Assembly (NCBI GenBank): GCA_903925745.1
Contig: CAIYGQ010000218.1
Span: 12,274-76,273 of the forward strand
DNA from: an uncultured Actinomycetes bacterium
Lineage (GTDB): Bacteria; Actinomycetota; Acidimicrobiia; Acidimicrobiales; Microtrichaceae
DNA: 64,000 nucleotides
Reading direction: 5' to 3'
Shown: one piece after another, positions 26,634-37,659 of the stretch
Numbering within the stretch: the first letter of the stretch is position 1
Layout of the letters: each line of letters begins with the position of its first letter
Translations under genes and position numbers: made by a program
Notes under the pieces: generated by a model
What the model was told of the DNA's origin: nothing
Seen by the model: the letters and a program-made list of their open reading frames with translations, nothing else
Databases searched by the model: none

Positions 26634-29078
26634 TCAGCCCCTTCCGTGGTCGTTCCCGTTGTGGCTGCCGTTGCGTCTGCCGTCGCCCCCGTCCCGGTCA
26701 CCTCGGTCGGCCGAGGAATCGGTAGAGGTTGACGTGGAGTTGCGCTCTCGTTCGATGCGCTCGATCAGTCCCCGGACAGCGAACCCCCAGAGGTCGGCTC
26801 GTTCGGTGTCAGTGAGCGAATTGTCGTTCAGCCCGAGGGTCTTCCAGATCGCCTCGTTCTCCTTGAGGATCGTCCGAATGGAATTCGTCCAGCTGCTCCC
26901 GGGGGAGAAGGCCTTCTCCGCTGAGGCGAACCACGCCGTAGCAGGGTGGTTTCGGTGCTTGTCCTGTTCGAGCAGCCGCCGGCGGAGGCCGCCCACAGCA
27001 GAGCTGCTCGGTTCCCGGCCGGTGATCGCGAGCTTCTTCTCCCTGAGCTTCACAAGGGCGATACGGCGCAGGATCTCCGTGCGCAGGGCGTCGCTCCGGG
27101 CGATCGACAGCAGGCTCTCGGTCTTCCCTGGGTCGGGGTCATCAGCGTCGGTGCTGGTGACCGGGCGACCGGCGACGATGGGCTGTGACTCGAATCCAGC
27201 GAACAGGTCGGAGCTGTCACTGCTGAGGAGGTCGGGGTTCAGGAGGACCCGGCCGTACCCTTCGGCGCACCGTTCCCCGAGCCAGACCTCAGACGGCACT
27301 GCTGTGGGCTGTTGTCCGTTCCCCGAGTCGACGCCGTTCCGGGTCAGGACGATGCACGACCCGCGCGCCACCACCACCTGGGTGGGTTGCGGCAGGCCCC
27401 AACCCCGGTGGAAACCCTCGATCCGACGGGTCCGCATGCGGACGAGTTCGGATTCGACCGTCCACCGGTCGTCGAGCCTGAGAGCGGCCCGGAGCTTCGT
27501 TGCGAGCCCATCCGCCGTGGGGTCGAAGCTCTGCTGGGCGTTCCGGATCACCACGTCGCTCACACACCAGACCACGAGGCGATCCGTCAGGTTCGTGGTC
27601 CGAACCGTGCTCTCGGTCTCGTTCGCGTCCAGTGAACCGGGTTTGTCCACCACCTCGACGAAGACCAGTCCGTAGTCGTCCTTGGCGGCCGTACCGACCT
27701 TGTGGGAACCACCGAGTTCGTTCTTGATCGCTTCCGCTGCGTCGTGTGGGAGGTCGACGAACGCGCGGAATTCCTGTCCGGCTGCGATGGCCTCGTACGT
27801 GAAGACGCCGCCAGTCGATTCGTCTGGTCGCTGGGTGGCGTCGTCGATCGAGTTGTGCGTGGTCACCGTCATTCCGACGGTGGAGATGCGGAGCAGATCG
27901 TTTGCGCTGGGTCTGATCGATGGGTCCAGATAGCCGGACCGCACCTGCTTGGCCTGAACCTCGCTTTGTCCACCCGCCACGGTGCTCACCACTGGCGTCT
28001 GGTTGCGCTTGTTGGGTTCCTTGTGTCTCGACAGAGCGAACGGGACTGGTTCGAGACGGTTCTCCGAGGCGACAGGATTGGCGTCGCCGACCCGAAGGGC
28101 CCCCCCGGCGATCAACGCCCCGGGATCGAATCCCGACCGGCGGAGCGCCCCGCAGACGATCGGGAACAGCAGCCGCCCGGGGATGTAATCGCTGCTCTCG
28201 ACGACGTTGCCGAACGTGGTGGTCCCCACCAGCAGTTTGGTGTCGGCAACGACTGACAGGGCGACTCGACTCATCGCCGAGCTAGCAGGGGTCGTTCGAT
28301 TGCCGCCGCGGTCGGGTGCATTGGCGTCGGTGTCTTCGCGGGCCGCCCGGGCAGAGCGCAACAGGTCCTCGCGCTGCCGAGCTGCTGAGAACTTGACTTC
28401 TTCGTCGCCAGGGTGGGACTCGCCTGCGGCGGAGGTCCTCTCTGACCACACCTCGATGACGCACCGACCGAGGCCGCGCCGCCGCTTCGCGCCGATCCCG
28501 TCGACCAGTGCAGCAGCAGTGGCCAGGAACCGCGCTGCATCGACGGCCCGTTCCTCGCCCTTGACCGTCACGGTTGGGGCCCGGGCATCGTCGAGGTCCC
28601 AGACGGCGTTGAACACGGTGCCGGGCCGCCCGACCTCGATGGTCCGCAGCGTGTGCTCCGCCGCGGTCCCGGTGACCGGGTCGATCGCGGTCGATGCCCT
28701 CGTCGTCGTCAGTCCCTCCAGAGCGGTGCGATCCTCGCTGAGCTCGACCACGAGCGCGTCGCTGAGATGGCCGGGTCGGATGCTGAGCGCCGCCCGCTGG
28801 TCGGCTCGTCCGAACATCCAGCGGACGTAGTCCGACCATGGTCCCTGGTCGGTGCCACGATCGAGGCCGAAGGCGAGGCGCTCTGCGGCGTCGCGGAGGA
28901 TCCCGGTGAGGGTCTTGGCCGGGAGGAACGGCACCTCGACTGGGTCGGAATCGTCGACCCGCACCGTCTCCCGGGCGATCAGTCGGTCGACGTCACCCGA
29001 CCGGCCGGCACCCGTGCCGACGTGCCAGTCCGAGGTGAACTCCACCCAGATCGTGCCGTCCGTCACGTCGACCCCCAC
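26634..29078 (-). CDS. 814-aa multi-RAMP fusion (Cas7-Cas5-Cas11-like large subunit)
   Basis: N-terminal RAMP WHVGTGAGRSGDVD..LPAKTLTGILRDAAE. Second RAMP-like unit YIPGRLLFPIVCGALRR, then EGYGRVLL and a helical C-terminal third. 16-nt overlap with the cas10 stop. Confidence 0.65.
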   Translation of the reverse strand: MGVDVTDGTIWVEFTSDWHVGTGAGRSGDVDRLIARETVRVDDSDPVEVPFLPAKTLTGILRDAAERLAFGLDRGTDQGPWSDYVRWMFGRADQRAALSIRPGHLSDALVVELSEDRTALEGLTTTRASTAIDPVTGTAAEHTLRTIEVGRPGTVFNAVWDLDDARAPTVTVKGEERAVDAARFLATAAALVDGIGAKRRRGLGRCVIEVWSERTSAAGESHPGDEEVKFSAARQREDLLRSARAAREDTDANAPDRGGNRTTPASSAMSRVALSVVADTKLLVGTTTFGNVVESSDYIPGRLLFPIVCGALRRSGFDPGALIAGGALRVGDANPVASENRLEPVPFALSRHKEPNKRNQTPVVSTVAGGQSEVQAKQVRSGYLDPSIRPSANDLLRISTVGMTVTTHNSIDDATQRPDESTGGVFTYEAIAAGQEFRAFVDLPHDAAEAIKNELGGSHKVGTAAKDDYGLVFVEVVDKPGSLDANETESTVRTTNLTDRLVVWCVSDVVIRNAQQSFDPTADGLATKLRAALRLDDRWTVESELVRMRTRRIEGFHRGWGLPQPTQVVVARGSCIVLTRNGVDSGNGQQPTAVPSEVWLGERCAEGYGRVLLNPDLLSSDSSDLFAGFESQPIVAGRPVTSTDADDPDPGKTESLLSIARSDALRTEILRRIALVKLREKKLAITGREPSSSAVGGLRRRLLEQDKHRNHPATAWFASAEKAFSPGSSWTNSIRTILKENEAIWKTLGLNDNSLTDTERADLWGFAVRGLIERIERERNSTSTSTDSSADRGDRDGGDGRRNGSHNGNDHGRG

Positions 29079-30757
29079 AGCCCGGCCACATCGGCGAGGT
29101 CCACGATGAGTGCCGGCTTGCTCTTTGCTCCGAGCACCTCGTTCGGCTTGAGTCCGCCCAGGTCCAGGCCGCCGATCCTGGTGAGCACGGACTCGGCCGC
29201 AGCGCTGCTGATGAACCGTTGCTCACGGATCTCGCCGACCGCAGCGGCCGACACCCGACGGCGACCGGTCTTCGGGTCGACCGCAGCGAACGCGGCGATG
29301 CCCGCCTCGAGGTCCGCGACCGTCCACGTGTCACCGCTCGAGTTGCCCCCGACCAGGAACGGCCCGGCGAAGAGGCGTTTCCCCTCGCCGTCCCGGCGCG
29401 TGCTGCGGATCCGGTCGAGGTCGGCCCCCGAGGAGTCGGCGAGCATGTGGAAGTCGATCGCTGAAGGCGGGAGCGGGTCCTCCTCCTCCTTCAGGCGCAG
29501 GACGCCGCTCTTGGCGTTGGCGGTCAGCTGCTCGCTCAGTTCGTAGGCGGCGTGGAACGGGTAGTGAGGCTTGACGATGGCGATCCCGGCCTTCATGGTG
29601 AGGCCGGACTTCTCGAGCTTCTCGAGCTTGGTGTTCTCGGATGCTCCGGAGTCCTCGCCACCGTCGGCGGTGTAGCAGGTCGCAAGCGCCTCGACTGCCT
29701 TCTTGCTCCATTCGGTGAACTCTTGGATCAGGGTCTTGGTGAACCCGAGCGCCACGGTGGCGTCCATCACGAAGGTCAGGTCGTCGCCTTCGACGAGGAG
29801 GGGAATCACCGGGGTCTCCCCTCCAGCCGGAGTGACCTTGGCCAACGCCAGTGCGGCAGCGGTCTCGGTGGCGGTCGCCAGGGCAGAGGAGAAGTCCCCG
29901 TACGCCTTCCGGTACAGATCCCACTGCACATCCTCGTCGTGGGGTCTCGCCGCCTCAACGTCTCCTGCCAGGGAGAGGAACAGCGAGCCGACTCCGTTCC
30001 CGTCGGCGTGGACGACCGCCACCCATCCCACGGGCTCCGACGACCCGGGGGTGTCCCCGGACCGCACGATGCGCTCGAGCTGGTCGAGGTTCTCGGGGAA
30101 CGTCAGGACTGTCTTCTTCTCGCCCTTCTCCTCGGGCTCCCCGTGTAGACGATCGTCGAGCGTCGCCGCCAAGCTCGTCAGTGAGGTCGTCCGGTACTCG
30201 TACTGGCGGTGAGCGATCTCGGAGAGCGGACCCAGCATGGACTTGGAGTCGTCGTGCTCGGCCGGGAACGGCGAGGATCCGCAGCCGGCCACGATCGGGA
30301 TCCGCTGGAACCGGGCGGTGCTGCCACCGGGCCGGGCAGCCAGCCGGGTCGCCTCCTCGGCCAGACCGCGGATCGTCTCGGCCAGACCCTCTCGCTTCCG
30401 GATGGCGCCGGCCACGGCGAGCCCGGGCGCCTTCTCGAGCGCCCGGAGCGTGACGGCGCGGACGAGCTCACCGAGTGCATTTTCGTCGCCGGTGACGAGC
30501 GTGAACCCCGACGACGCGCCGATCAGGTCGACCGAGCCGCCACCCTTGTTGATCGTCTCGATGGCTTCATGGACCCACTCGACTGTGGCGGCGCGGAGCA
30601 GTCCCGAGGCGCCGATGTTGCAGCCGAGCCGGTTGGAGGTGCCGTAGATGTACGACTGGTTGCCGCTCGTCGAGATCAGTGCAACGTGCGTCCCGAGAGA
30701 TCCCGCTCCGGTCCGGCTGGCACTGCTGATCGAGATGTCGGTGGCTTCGCTCTCCAC
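29063..30757 (-). CDS. cas10: Cas10 (minimal, no HD domain), cyclase/polymerase palm subunit
   Basis: Palm-1 STSGNQSYIYGTSNRLGCNIGASGLL. Palm-2 VAVVHADGNGVGSLF and LLVEGDDLTFVMD at the GGDD position. MKAGIAIVKPHYPFHAAYELSEQLTANAK. No H-D dyad at the N-terminus. GGAGGAGGG lies before GTG 30757. Confidence 0.75.
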   Translation of the reverse strand: MESEATDISISSASRTGAGSLGTHVALISTSGNQSYIYGTSNRLGCNIGASGLLRAATVEWVHEAIETINKGGGSVDLIGASSGFTLVTGDENALGELVRAVTLRALEKAPGLAVAGAIRKREGLAETIRGLAEEATRLAARPGGSTARFQRIPIVAGCGSSPFPAEHDDSKSMLGPLSEIAHRQYEYRTTSLTSLAATLDDRLHGEPEEKGEKKTVLTFPENLDQLERIVRSGDTPGSSEPVGWVAVVHADGNGVGSLFLSLAGDVEAARPHDEDVQWDLYRKAYGDFSSALATATETAAALALAKVTPAGGETPVIPLLVEGDDLTFVMDATVALGFTKTLIQEFTEWSKKAVEALATCYTADGGEDSGASENTKLEKLEKSGLTMKAGIAIVKPHYPFHAAYELSEQLTANAKSGVLRLKEEEDPLPPSAIDFHMLADSSGADLDRIRSTRRDGEGKRLFAGPFLVGGNSSGDTWTVADLEAGIAAFAAVDPKTGRRRVSAAAVGEIREQRFISSAAAESVLTRIGGLDLGGLKPNEVLGAKSKPALIVDLADVAGLWGST

Positions 30758-30866
30758 TCACCCTCCTCCGAGTCGGACCATAGAGGCTGTCGGAACCGGC
30801 CGCAACGCGCAGTCGGATGTGGCGGTGGTTGCTCGTCGGTCTCCGGGGCCGGAGTTGATCCATCAC

Positions 30867-31979
30867 TCAGGGGAGTTCGTTCTCGGCCTCCGGGATGAGT
30901 CGTCGGATGCTCGATCGCATGGTCGCCGACGCCGGTCGCATGTGCGCCAGGTCGTCCCGCAGCGCCTTGAGGTCGCGGACGAGCGCCACCACCTTGGGTT
31001 TCGAGTTGCGGAAGTAGCGTCCGAGTTGGGCAGAGATCTCCGACAGCTCCCACTCCCCGGGGGATCCTGTGAGGTGCCGGCTGACGTGCTGCTGGCCCGA
31101 AACCCAGTCGACCAGTCCGCGGCGCGTGGCCTCGATCTCGGGCCAGGTGGACCGCAGCGATGCCAACCACAGACGGCGTGTCACCTCGCTGTTATCGGCG
31201 TACCGGAGGTGGCCGACGAACCTGCCGGAGTCCCACCAGTCGCCGGTGCCGCGGACCCATTCGTCCTCGAGCGCGCTCGAGGATCTGGTCTGCAGGACTC
31301 CGATGGGAGTGACCCGATCGGGTTGGCGCCCCTCGGGTTGCAGATGGTCGTCGATCGTCTCCGGGTCGCCGTCCCACTGGTCGACCAGACGGTCGGCCAG
31401 GTCCAGGTCGAACCCGGCGAGCTCGGTGATCGCCGCCGACATCCACTCGTCGACATGTTCACTCTGCTGGCGGAGTCGGCCGTGCACGTACGCAGCGGTG
31501 TCGGGGCGTTCGAAGACCCGTCGGAACGGCACCACGGCGAGCCGGGGGCCACCGGGGTGCAAGCCGGGTGGCGCCCCGATCACGTACCGGGGGCCGTTGC
31601 GGCGATCCGAGTAGCGGGCGACCTGTTCGACGACCTCGAGCAGGGCCGGCGTGGGCTGGTCGTGGTCGCAGATGAGCTCCACGAGGCACCCGTCCGCCAT
31701 GGCCGACAGGTCCTGGACCGACGGCGCTACGACGGAGGAGTCGATCTCCGGGCCGAGGATCGACCGCACCTCGTGGTGGTCGGTGGCCGTCCACAGGCCG
31801 GGCGAGTCGATCCGGATGGTCGGGAGTCTGGCTGCCGAGCTCACGGCCTCGACCACCTCGGTGCGCGGTCGACCTGGTGGCACCTCCACGACGACCGAGG
31901 AACCCTGGCGGACCTTGGCGGTGATCCCGGCCGTCCACCGGCGCGGACCCGGGAGCTGCCAGGCCCAGGGCTCACTCAT
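30867..31979 (-). CDS. HEPN-domain protein (R-x4-H) with unassigned N-terminal domain
   Basis: C-terminal [13 protein letters not shown], the same LRxDLAH signature as the 17339-19354 protein. Start overlaps the stop of the giant ATPase by 8 nt. Confidence 0.55.
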   Translation of the reverse strand: MSEPWAWQLPGPRRWTAGITAKVRQGSSVVVEVPPGRPRTEVVEAVSSAARLPTIRIDSPGLWTATDHHEVRSILGPEIDSSVVAPSVQDLSAMADGCLVELICDHDQPTPALLEVVEQVARYSDRRNGPRYVIGAPPGLHPGGPRLAVVPFRRVFERPDTAAYVHGRLRQQSEHVDEWMSAAITELAGFDLDLADRLVDQWDGDPETIDDHLQPEGRQPDRVTPIGVLQTRSSSALEDEWVRGTGDWWDSGRFVGHLRYADNSEVTRRLWLASLRSTWPEIEATRRGLVDWVSGQQHVSRHLTGSPGEWELSEISAQLGRYFRNSKPKVVALVRDLKALRDDLAHMRPASATMRSSIRRLIPEAENELP

Positions 31980-34900
31980 CGGTCGGTCGGTGGGTATCGG
32001 GGATGGCCGAGACGAGTGCTCGCGTGAAGTCGTCGATCGAGCAGTGCTCGTCGACCAGCGTGGCGAAGCCCTGACGGAGGGACTCGGCGATCTTTGCGAC
32101 CTCGGTCGGGTCGGCTTCGGAGTCCTCCAGCGAGATGCTGACCCAGTCGTCGAACTCGTCGGACTCCACCGAGTCGAGGGTCACCAGCGCCTCGAGCCCC
32201 CGGTGTTCGAGCGAACCCGGTCGGATCCCCAGGTCCCCGACCGTCCAGCGCGCATCCGCAATCGACTGCTGCACGTGAGCCGTCGAGGCCGCCGGGTTCT
32301 GCGAGGACGCGAACGCAGTGATCCACTCGACCACCGGCTCGTGCCACCCGCCCGTGACCTCGATGATCTCCTCGACGCGGTGACGGGCCGGGTGGTCGTC
32401 GAGCCACAACGCCAGGTCCGGTGCACTCCAGCGCTGGAGCCAGAGCACCTGGGTCTGGTCGTCGTGGGGGAGCGTCCCGAACGCCTGAACGTCGGCCAGG
32501 ATGATCGACCGAGCCCGCTTCTCGGAGAGGAGTCGGAGCGCCGGAGCCGGGTCGTCCCCCGGGCGGAGCCGGCACCAGTTCACGGCGTCGTCGCTCGGAT
32601 CGACCTGATCGGGATGGCGGACCTCGACGAGCCGTTGGCCGAGCGGTTCGACCAGGATCTCCAAGGTTGACGGAATCCGCTCGATCCCCGAAGCGACGCC
32701 ACCCACGACGACGTTGCAGCGCTGCTCGAGCAGGTTCCGGGCCGACGAGCGCGTGATCGGTGATCGCGTGTCGTCCGGGAGGAGGAGTCGGACCGCAGCG
32801 GGGTCGTGCTGCGGTTCGGAATCGAACTCGACCGGGTTGGTATAACGGTCGGCCACTTCGTCGTACGTGCCGAGGGTGTCGAGGATGTTGAGGGTCCGGA
32901 GGCCGAATCCGCCGGAGGGCGAGCGGCGCAGGATGCCCAGACCGACCATCTCCTCCAGCAGGCCTGCCACCTCGTCGAACCCGGATGTGGCGAAGTACTG
33001 CGGCCACGTCTGTCGGATGTCGGTTGCGATCTCGAGGGGAGTGACCTCGGCGCTGGCTCCCTTGTGTCCCGGGCTCCTCAGCGCGTCGTGGGTACGGAGC
33101 GCGAACAGGTAGGCGAGCACCCGGTACCGCTTGTCCAGACTGAGGGTCCACTCGAAGCGTTGGCGGATCTCGCTCCGGACCTCGATGTCGGCGAGCACCC
33201 GGTTGACCGCAGCGGTGTTGATCACGATCGGAGGGGTGCCCGCCTGTCGGGGAACGCTCTTCATGTGCTCGGCCAGGCTCGAGCCGAGCAGCTGGAGGAT
33301 GGAGGCCTGGTAGTTGCCGAACGCCGCGAGTCGGTAGGGGAGCTCGGGTGACTCCCATCGGAATCCGAGGCAGCTGAAGAGCCGGTCGATCAGCTCGTAG
33401 GCGTTGAGGGGGGACAGCGCCGCGACCCGCACGGGCCGCTGCGCCAGGTGGGCCAGCGGTTGCTTGGCGTCGCGCTCGAACCGCTGCACCTGGTGCAGAC
33501 CTGCGAGCACACACTTGAACCGGCGCTTCGTCTCCTGCATCAGACCGCGGATCCGCTGGGTCTGGGGGTACTCCGACGCCCGGTCGTTGTCGAGGAAGCG
33601 GTCACACTCGTCGAGCAGCAGGTAGATGTTCTGGCCCGGGTGGTCGTCGAGCCACGTGAGCACGGCTGCCTTGAAGTCGTCGAACTGATCGGACTTCTTG
33701 GGACTCGGGCTCGGCGTGGTGACCCCGTGTCTCGCCAGCTCGCCCAGCGCGACCTTCCACACCGTCGGTCCGCCGCCGACCTCTCCCGCCTGTGCGTAGT
33801 TCAGGTCGATCATCACCGCCACGTGACCCTGGTCGTTCGCTCGGCGCTGGACCTTGCGCAGCAACGCCGACTTGCCGAGCTGGCGCCCGCCGTAGACGAA
33901 CGACGGCCCTTGGGGGCTGAGCAGGGACGTGAGTTCCTCCTGCCGTCCGAAGAACACCTCCTTGGGGAGTTCCCCCTGGGCGTTCGGGCGGAAGGGGTCG
34001 AGGCTGTTGAACGGGAGCACCGCCCGCATCAACTGCTCCCACCTCCGCTTCTCGTCGGGCGCGGTGGCACACACCCATGCGACCGTCGCCGGGTCGATGA
34101 CCGCCACCGGCCGGGGGGACTCAGCGGTTCGACGACGTTCGGCGAGGTCGACCCGGTCGTGGGCGCCGATCACGGTCGGTGTGATCACGAGGACGGGCTC
34201 ACTCGAGCGCTCGTCGTTGATCGAGTTGTCCAGGTCCCGCGTCGAGGTGAACGTGTGGACGATCACGACCCGGTAGTTCCCGCCCGCCTCGGATCCGAAG
34301 TCGGGGACCAGCGACCTACCCTCGGGGGTTGCGCTGCGCACCTGGAACCAGAGGCGTCCGCGACCGGACCACGGGCCGGTCGGCAGCGCCGTCACGGTTC
34401 CGAGCGTCAGGCCGAGGTGCGGGAGCAGTGCCTCGAGCGCTGCGATTCCCTCTGCGTCGGGACGTTGCGCGGCGCCGGCCGAGAGCAGTCCGGCGGAGGC
34501 GTCGAACAGGGTCCAGCCGTCGAGCAGGTCGCTGGAGGTCTTCCGCCACGACGGTTCGATCCACGGCAGGTCCCCGAAGGCGTTCTCGAGCTGCGTCTCG
34601 ATCTGCGCGGCGTCAGGGTCGATTCGCTCGAGCAGCTCGTTGAAATGCTCGACTCCGAGGTGGTCGGCGGTGGGTGCCGGGATGGTTCCGTCGTTGTCCT
34701 GCGCGATGAGGTTGAGTTCCACGGCCGCGCCGTAGTCACCGCGCTCGATGGCTGCATCGACCTGGCGGCGGGCATCCTCATCGAGCTGTCCCCCCAGATC
34801 GTGGATCGGGTTGCTGACCCGAGCAGCCTCGAGCTCGCCGAGCAGCCGCCGGGCCTGCTCGACGGCTTCGACGGCACGGCGGAGGTCGGACTGCTCGGCG

Positions 34901-37659
34901 AGTTCCACCGCCTCGGCCAGGAGGAACTCGACCTCGGTCGTGCTGGTGGGGTCCAGTGCCAGACCGCTCGAGACGACGGCGAGGTGGTCGGCCGTCTCCT
35001 GGCGGTCCCGATCGAGCCGGTCGCGCACGCGGCGCACCTGATCGTCGAGGTCCTCCCGCCGCTCCTCGCCGATCAGGCCGACTTCGATCATCAGTTCGGC
35101 GGAGATCACCTCGAGCGCCTCGACCCGCTCCCGGAACAGCTCCTCGCTGGCAACCTCGCCGAGGTACCGCTCGATGTCGTCCGCTCCCGGCCGTCTGACG
35201 ATTGCGCCGTCGGCATCGAATGCGACTCCGGGCGCACGCAGCAGATGGAGAACCGGGTCGCTCTCGGTCGCCGAGGGCGGTCTGCCGACCATGCGGATCA
35301 GGTGGCCGGCGGCAGATCCCCAGCGGGCAGCAGAGCCGGCCTGGTGGTCGAGTTCCTCGGCGGCCTGCTCCCGGAGTTCCGAGACGCGGGCCAGCAATCT
35401 CGAGTAGTGGTCGTCGTTCGCCGACTTGGCATCGACCAGTTCGGTTGCCCGGAGGACCTGCAGCGCAAGGTCACGCGCCTCCTCGATCTTCCCGGTCAGA
35501 CGCGCCCGCGCCTTCGCCTCGATTCGGCGGAGGCCGTGCTCGTCGATCTCGTCGCAGGTGTCGTCGATGAGGTTGCCGATCTGCTTCCGGTCGGCTAGCG
35601 AGTCGGCGATGTCCTTCGCTCGGCGGTACGAGTCCCGGTCACGCTTCTCGGCGTGTTCGAGCGCGAGATCCACCATCTCGCAGACGGTTCCGGTGTTCAC
35701 GAGGCGTTGCCAGACCAGCGTTGCGAGCTGGTACACGAGTTTCTGGTGGGGAGCCTGCTCGCGGAAGATCCGGAGTCGCTCCGCCGATTCCCCCAGCAGA
35801 CTGGCTGCGGCATCGCCTGTTCCCGCCGTGTCGATCAGCACCGGGACTCCGTAGTTCGCGGCCTCCCGCAACGCGACGAGCAGATCGTTCGTCCTCGGCG
35901 AGCCCACTGACCGGGCCACGGCCCAGTCCTCCATGGCCGGGACCCGACTCAGGGGCGAGCGGGCCATGTGGAGTGCGGTTGCGGCCAGCGCCAGCGGCAC
36001 CGCGAAGTCGGGCGTCTCCACCAGATCGACCTGGCGAGCGAGCCGCTCAGCCGCAGTTCGGGCGAGGTCGGCGGTCCCGCCGTGACGCGGATCCTGATCG
36101 CGGAGATTCGTAGCGCTCGCCGCGAACTCGAGCACCGCCTGCTCGGTCGAGTGGAGCGGGGCGAAGGTTGCGGCCAGCATCAGTTCGTCCCGCTCTACGA
36201 GCTCGTCGAGCAACTCGTTCACAGGGCGGACGTCGACATGTGCCGACGGCGAACCGGCATTCGTGTCGGACACACGTTCGGGTTCGGGTTCGGGTTCGGG
36301 TTCGGGTTCGGGTTCGGGTTCTGGTTCGGGTTCTGGTTCGGGTTCTGGTTCTGGTTCTGGTTCGGGTTCTGGTTCGGGTTCTGGTTCGGGTTCTGGTTCC
36401 AGCATTGTGGGGTCGACGGGGTGCTTGTCGGACCCGGCTGGGTTATCGAGCAGGAGCTGACCCTCCGCTGCGGCGTACACGATCCAGCGGAGTTCGACCG
36501 GGAGCTGCGCCGCAATAGTCACCATCGGGTTGTCGGGGTCGACGGCCTCCAGCGCGGCGCTGATGGTGAGGAGGTGCGATGCGAGCACCCTGTCTGATTC
36601 CTCGACCGGCGGCCATCCGTCACAGAGCCGCTCAGCCGTCGACCTGATCGTTGCGAGGTCCTGTTCGAAGTCGGTGACGGTGGATCGAACGCCGGCCAGC
36701 CGACGCAACGCCTCGAGGTCGGGATCGACTACGGCGGCCGATGCCGCCGCGGCCTCGGCGAGGTCATCCACGGTCGTCTCCTCCGTCGCGTCGAGTCCGA
36801 GGTCCGATGCGAGCGAGTTGAACGAATCACGCAGCAGCTTCAGGTCCAGGATCAGCTGCTCCTCGGGAGCGCGGCCGGCGGCAAGCGCTTCGCTGGCCGC
36901 CTCGACGCTCGCTGCGGCGATCTCGATCCGATCCTGGAGTTGGGCGAGTCGATCTTCGAGGGAGAGGCCGTCAGACGCTCCAGTCCCGGTCGGCGTGCTG
37001 CTCATGAAATCATCGAAGTCACCGCGATCGAGCAGCTGTTTGATCTCAGGGGCTGCGGGCAACCCACGGAGCACGCATGCACGCAGGCCGGCACGAAGAA
37101 GTTCATCGCTCATGCGTTCCCGTGCTGGTGGGAGCGCCTTCACGAGATCGTCGAGCGTCGGGCTGGCGGCTCGGTCACCCAGGAGCGGCACCATGAGTTC
37201 GAGCACGGGTGCGATGACGAGATCGATGGCGAGGTCCTGTTCCCTGAGCTCGTTGCAGCGATCTCTCAGCCGGCCGGCGGATACTGCGGACAGCTTCTGC
37301 AGGGGTTGCCCGAGCAGGTGTCGAGTGATCCCCCGAAGAGTCGGCTCGCTGAACTGAGCCGCCCCCAACCGAACATCTGCGTTGGAGAGCGATGCGAACT
37401 CCAGCCAGAACTGGTCCACGTCCTCGGCTCGGCCGAGCTCCGCTGGCCCTTCGGGATCCTGCGTCTGCTCGCCGTCGTCCATCGCGTCCGTCCCCTCCCG
37501 AGCGGTGCTCTCGATCAGATCCTCGCTGCGGATCAAGATCAATTCAACGGGATGCACCCAGCCCGCGTCCAGACCGCGCCCCACGAATTCAGTACGAGCG
37601 GTTCCGATGTCACCGTCCGGACCGGAACGAGGCGAGGGCGCCGGCGGCTGTGCCGTCAC
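31972..37659 (-). CDS. Giant (about 1,895 aa) STAND/ORC-Cdc6-like AAA ATPase with helical N-terminal region
   Basis: [26 protein letters not shown] (Walker A) and [12 protein letters not shown] (Walker B). Also VLAGLHQV and winged-helix-like [14 protein letters not shown]. About 1,100 aa of helical N-terminus contain (EP)20. The start could instead be GTG 37584, since ATG 37659 overlaps the E1 gene by 50 nt. Confidence 0.7.
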   Translation of the reverse strand: MTAQPPAPSPRSGPDGDIGTARTEFVGRGLDAGWVHPVELILIRSEDLIESTAREGTDAMDDGEQTQDPEGPAELGRAEDVDQFWLEFASLSNADVRLGAAQFSEPTLRGITRHLLGQPLQKLSAVSAGRLRDRCNELREQDLAIDLVIAPVLELMVPLLGDRAASPTLDDLVKALPPARERMSDELLRAGLRACVLRGLPAAPEIKQLLDRGDFDDFMSSTPTGTGASDGLSLEDRLAQLQDRIEIAAASVEAASEALAAGRAPEEQLILDLKLLRDSFNSLASDLGLDATEETTVDDLAEAAAASAAVVDPDLEALRRLAGVRSTVTDFEQDLATIRSTAERLCDGWPPVEESDRVLASHLLTISAALEAVDPDNPMVTIAAQLPVELRWIVYAAAEGQLLLDNPAGSDKHPVDPTMLEPEPEPEPEPEPEPEPEPEPEPEPEPEPEPEPEPEPEPEPERVSDTNAGSPSAHVDVRPVNELLDELVERDELMLAATFAPLHSTEQAVLEFAASATNLRDQDPRHGGTADLARTAAERLARQVDLVETPDFAVPLALAATALHMARSPLSRVPAMEDWAVARSVGSPRTNDLLVALREAANYGVPVLIDTAGTGDAAASLLGESAERLRIFREQAPHQKLVYQLATLVWQRLVNTGTVCEMVDLALEHAEKRDRDSYRRAKDIADSLADRKQIGNLIDDTCDEIDEHGLRRIEAKARARLTGKIEEARDLALQVLRATELVDAKSANDDHYSRLLARVSELREQAAEELDHQAGSAARWGSAAGHLIRMVGRPPSATESDPVLHLLRAPGVAFDADGAIVRRPGADDIERYLGEVASEELFRERVEALEVISAELMIEVGLIGEERREDLDDQVRRVRDRLDRDRQETADHLAVVSSGLALDPTSTTEVEFLLAEAVELAEQSDLRRAVEAVEQARRLLGELEAARVSNPIHDLGGQLDEDARRQVDAAIERGDYGAAVELNLIAQDNDGTIPAPTADHLGVEHFNELLERIDPDAAQIETQLENAFGDLPWIEPSWRKTSSDLLDGWTLFDASAGLLSAGAAQRPDAEGIAALEALLPHLGLTLGTVTALPTGPWSGRGRLWFQVRSATPEGRSLVPDFGSEAGGNYRVVIVHTFTSTRDLDNSINDERSSEPVLVITPTVIGAHDRVDLAERRRTAESPRPVAVIDPATVAWVCATAPDEKRRWEQLMRAVLPFNSLDPFRPNAQGELPKEVFFGRQEELTSLLSPQGPSFVYGGRQLGKSALLRKVQRRANDQGHVAVMIDLNYAQAGEVGGGPTVWKVALGELARHGVTTPSPSPKKSDQFDDFKAAVLTWLDDHPGQNIYLLLDECDRFLDNDRASEYPQTQRIRGLMQETKRRFKCVLAGLHQVQRFERDAKQPLAHLAQRPVRVAALSPLNAYELIDRLFSCLGFRWESPELPYRLAAFGNYQASILQLLGSSLAEHMKSVPRQAGTPPIVINTAAVNRVLADIEVRSEIRQRFEWTLSLDKRYRVLAYLFALRTHDALRSPGHKGASAEVTPLEIATDIRQTWPQYFATSGFDEVAGLLEEMVGLGILRRSPSGGFGLRTLNILDTLGTYDEVADRYTNPVEFDSEPQHDPAAVRLLLPDDTRSPITRSSARNLLEQRCNVVVGGVASGIERIPSTLEILVEPLGQRLVEVRHPDQVDPSDDAVNWCRLRPGDDPAPALRLLSEKRARSIILADVQAFGTLPHDDQTQVLWLQRWSAPDLALWLDDHPARHRVEEIIEVTGGWHEPVVEWITAFASSQNPAASTAHVQQSIADARWTVGDLGIRPGSLEHRGLEALVTLDSVESDEFDDWVSISLEDSEADPTEVAKIAESLRQGFATLVDEHCSIDDFTRALVSAIPDTHRPTDE
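36280..36399 (-). repeat. 20 x 6-bp microsatellite (gggttc/tggttc) encoding (EP)20 in the giant ATPase
   Basis: Counted directly on the sequence. In frame, it reads GAACC[C/A] on the minus strand. Confidence 0.9.

Noticed and set aside
31976-35598. 512-aa minus and 716-aa plus ORFs inside the giant ATPase gene.
   Set aside because: These are alternative or antisense frames of a gene whose main frame has clear Walker A/B motifs and runs uninterrupted for 5.7 kb.
36219-36518. (GS)n, (NQ/NP)n and (RV/LV)n ORFs over the hexanucleotide repeat; also considered as a possible non-coding microsatellite or mini-array.
   Set aside because: The 6-bp units are contiguous with no spacers. They lie in frame within the giant ATPase ORF, where they read (EP)20. 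The other frames are by-products.
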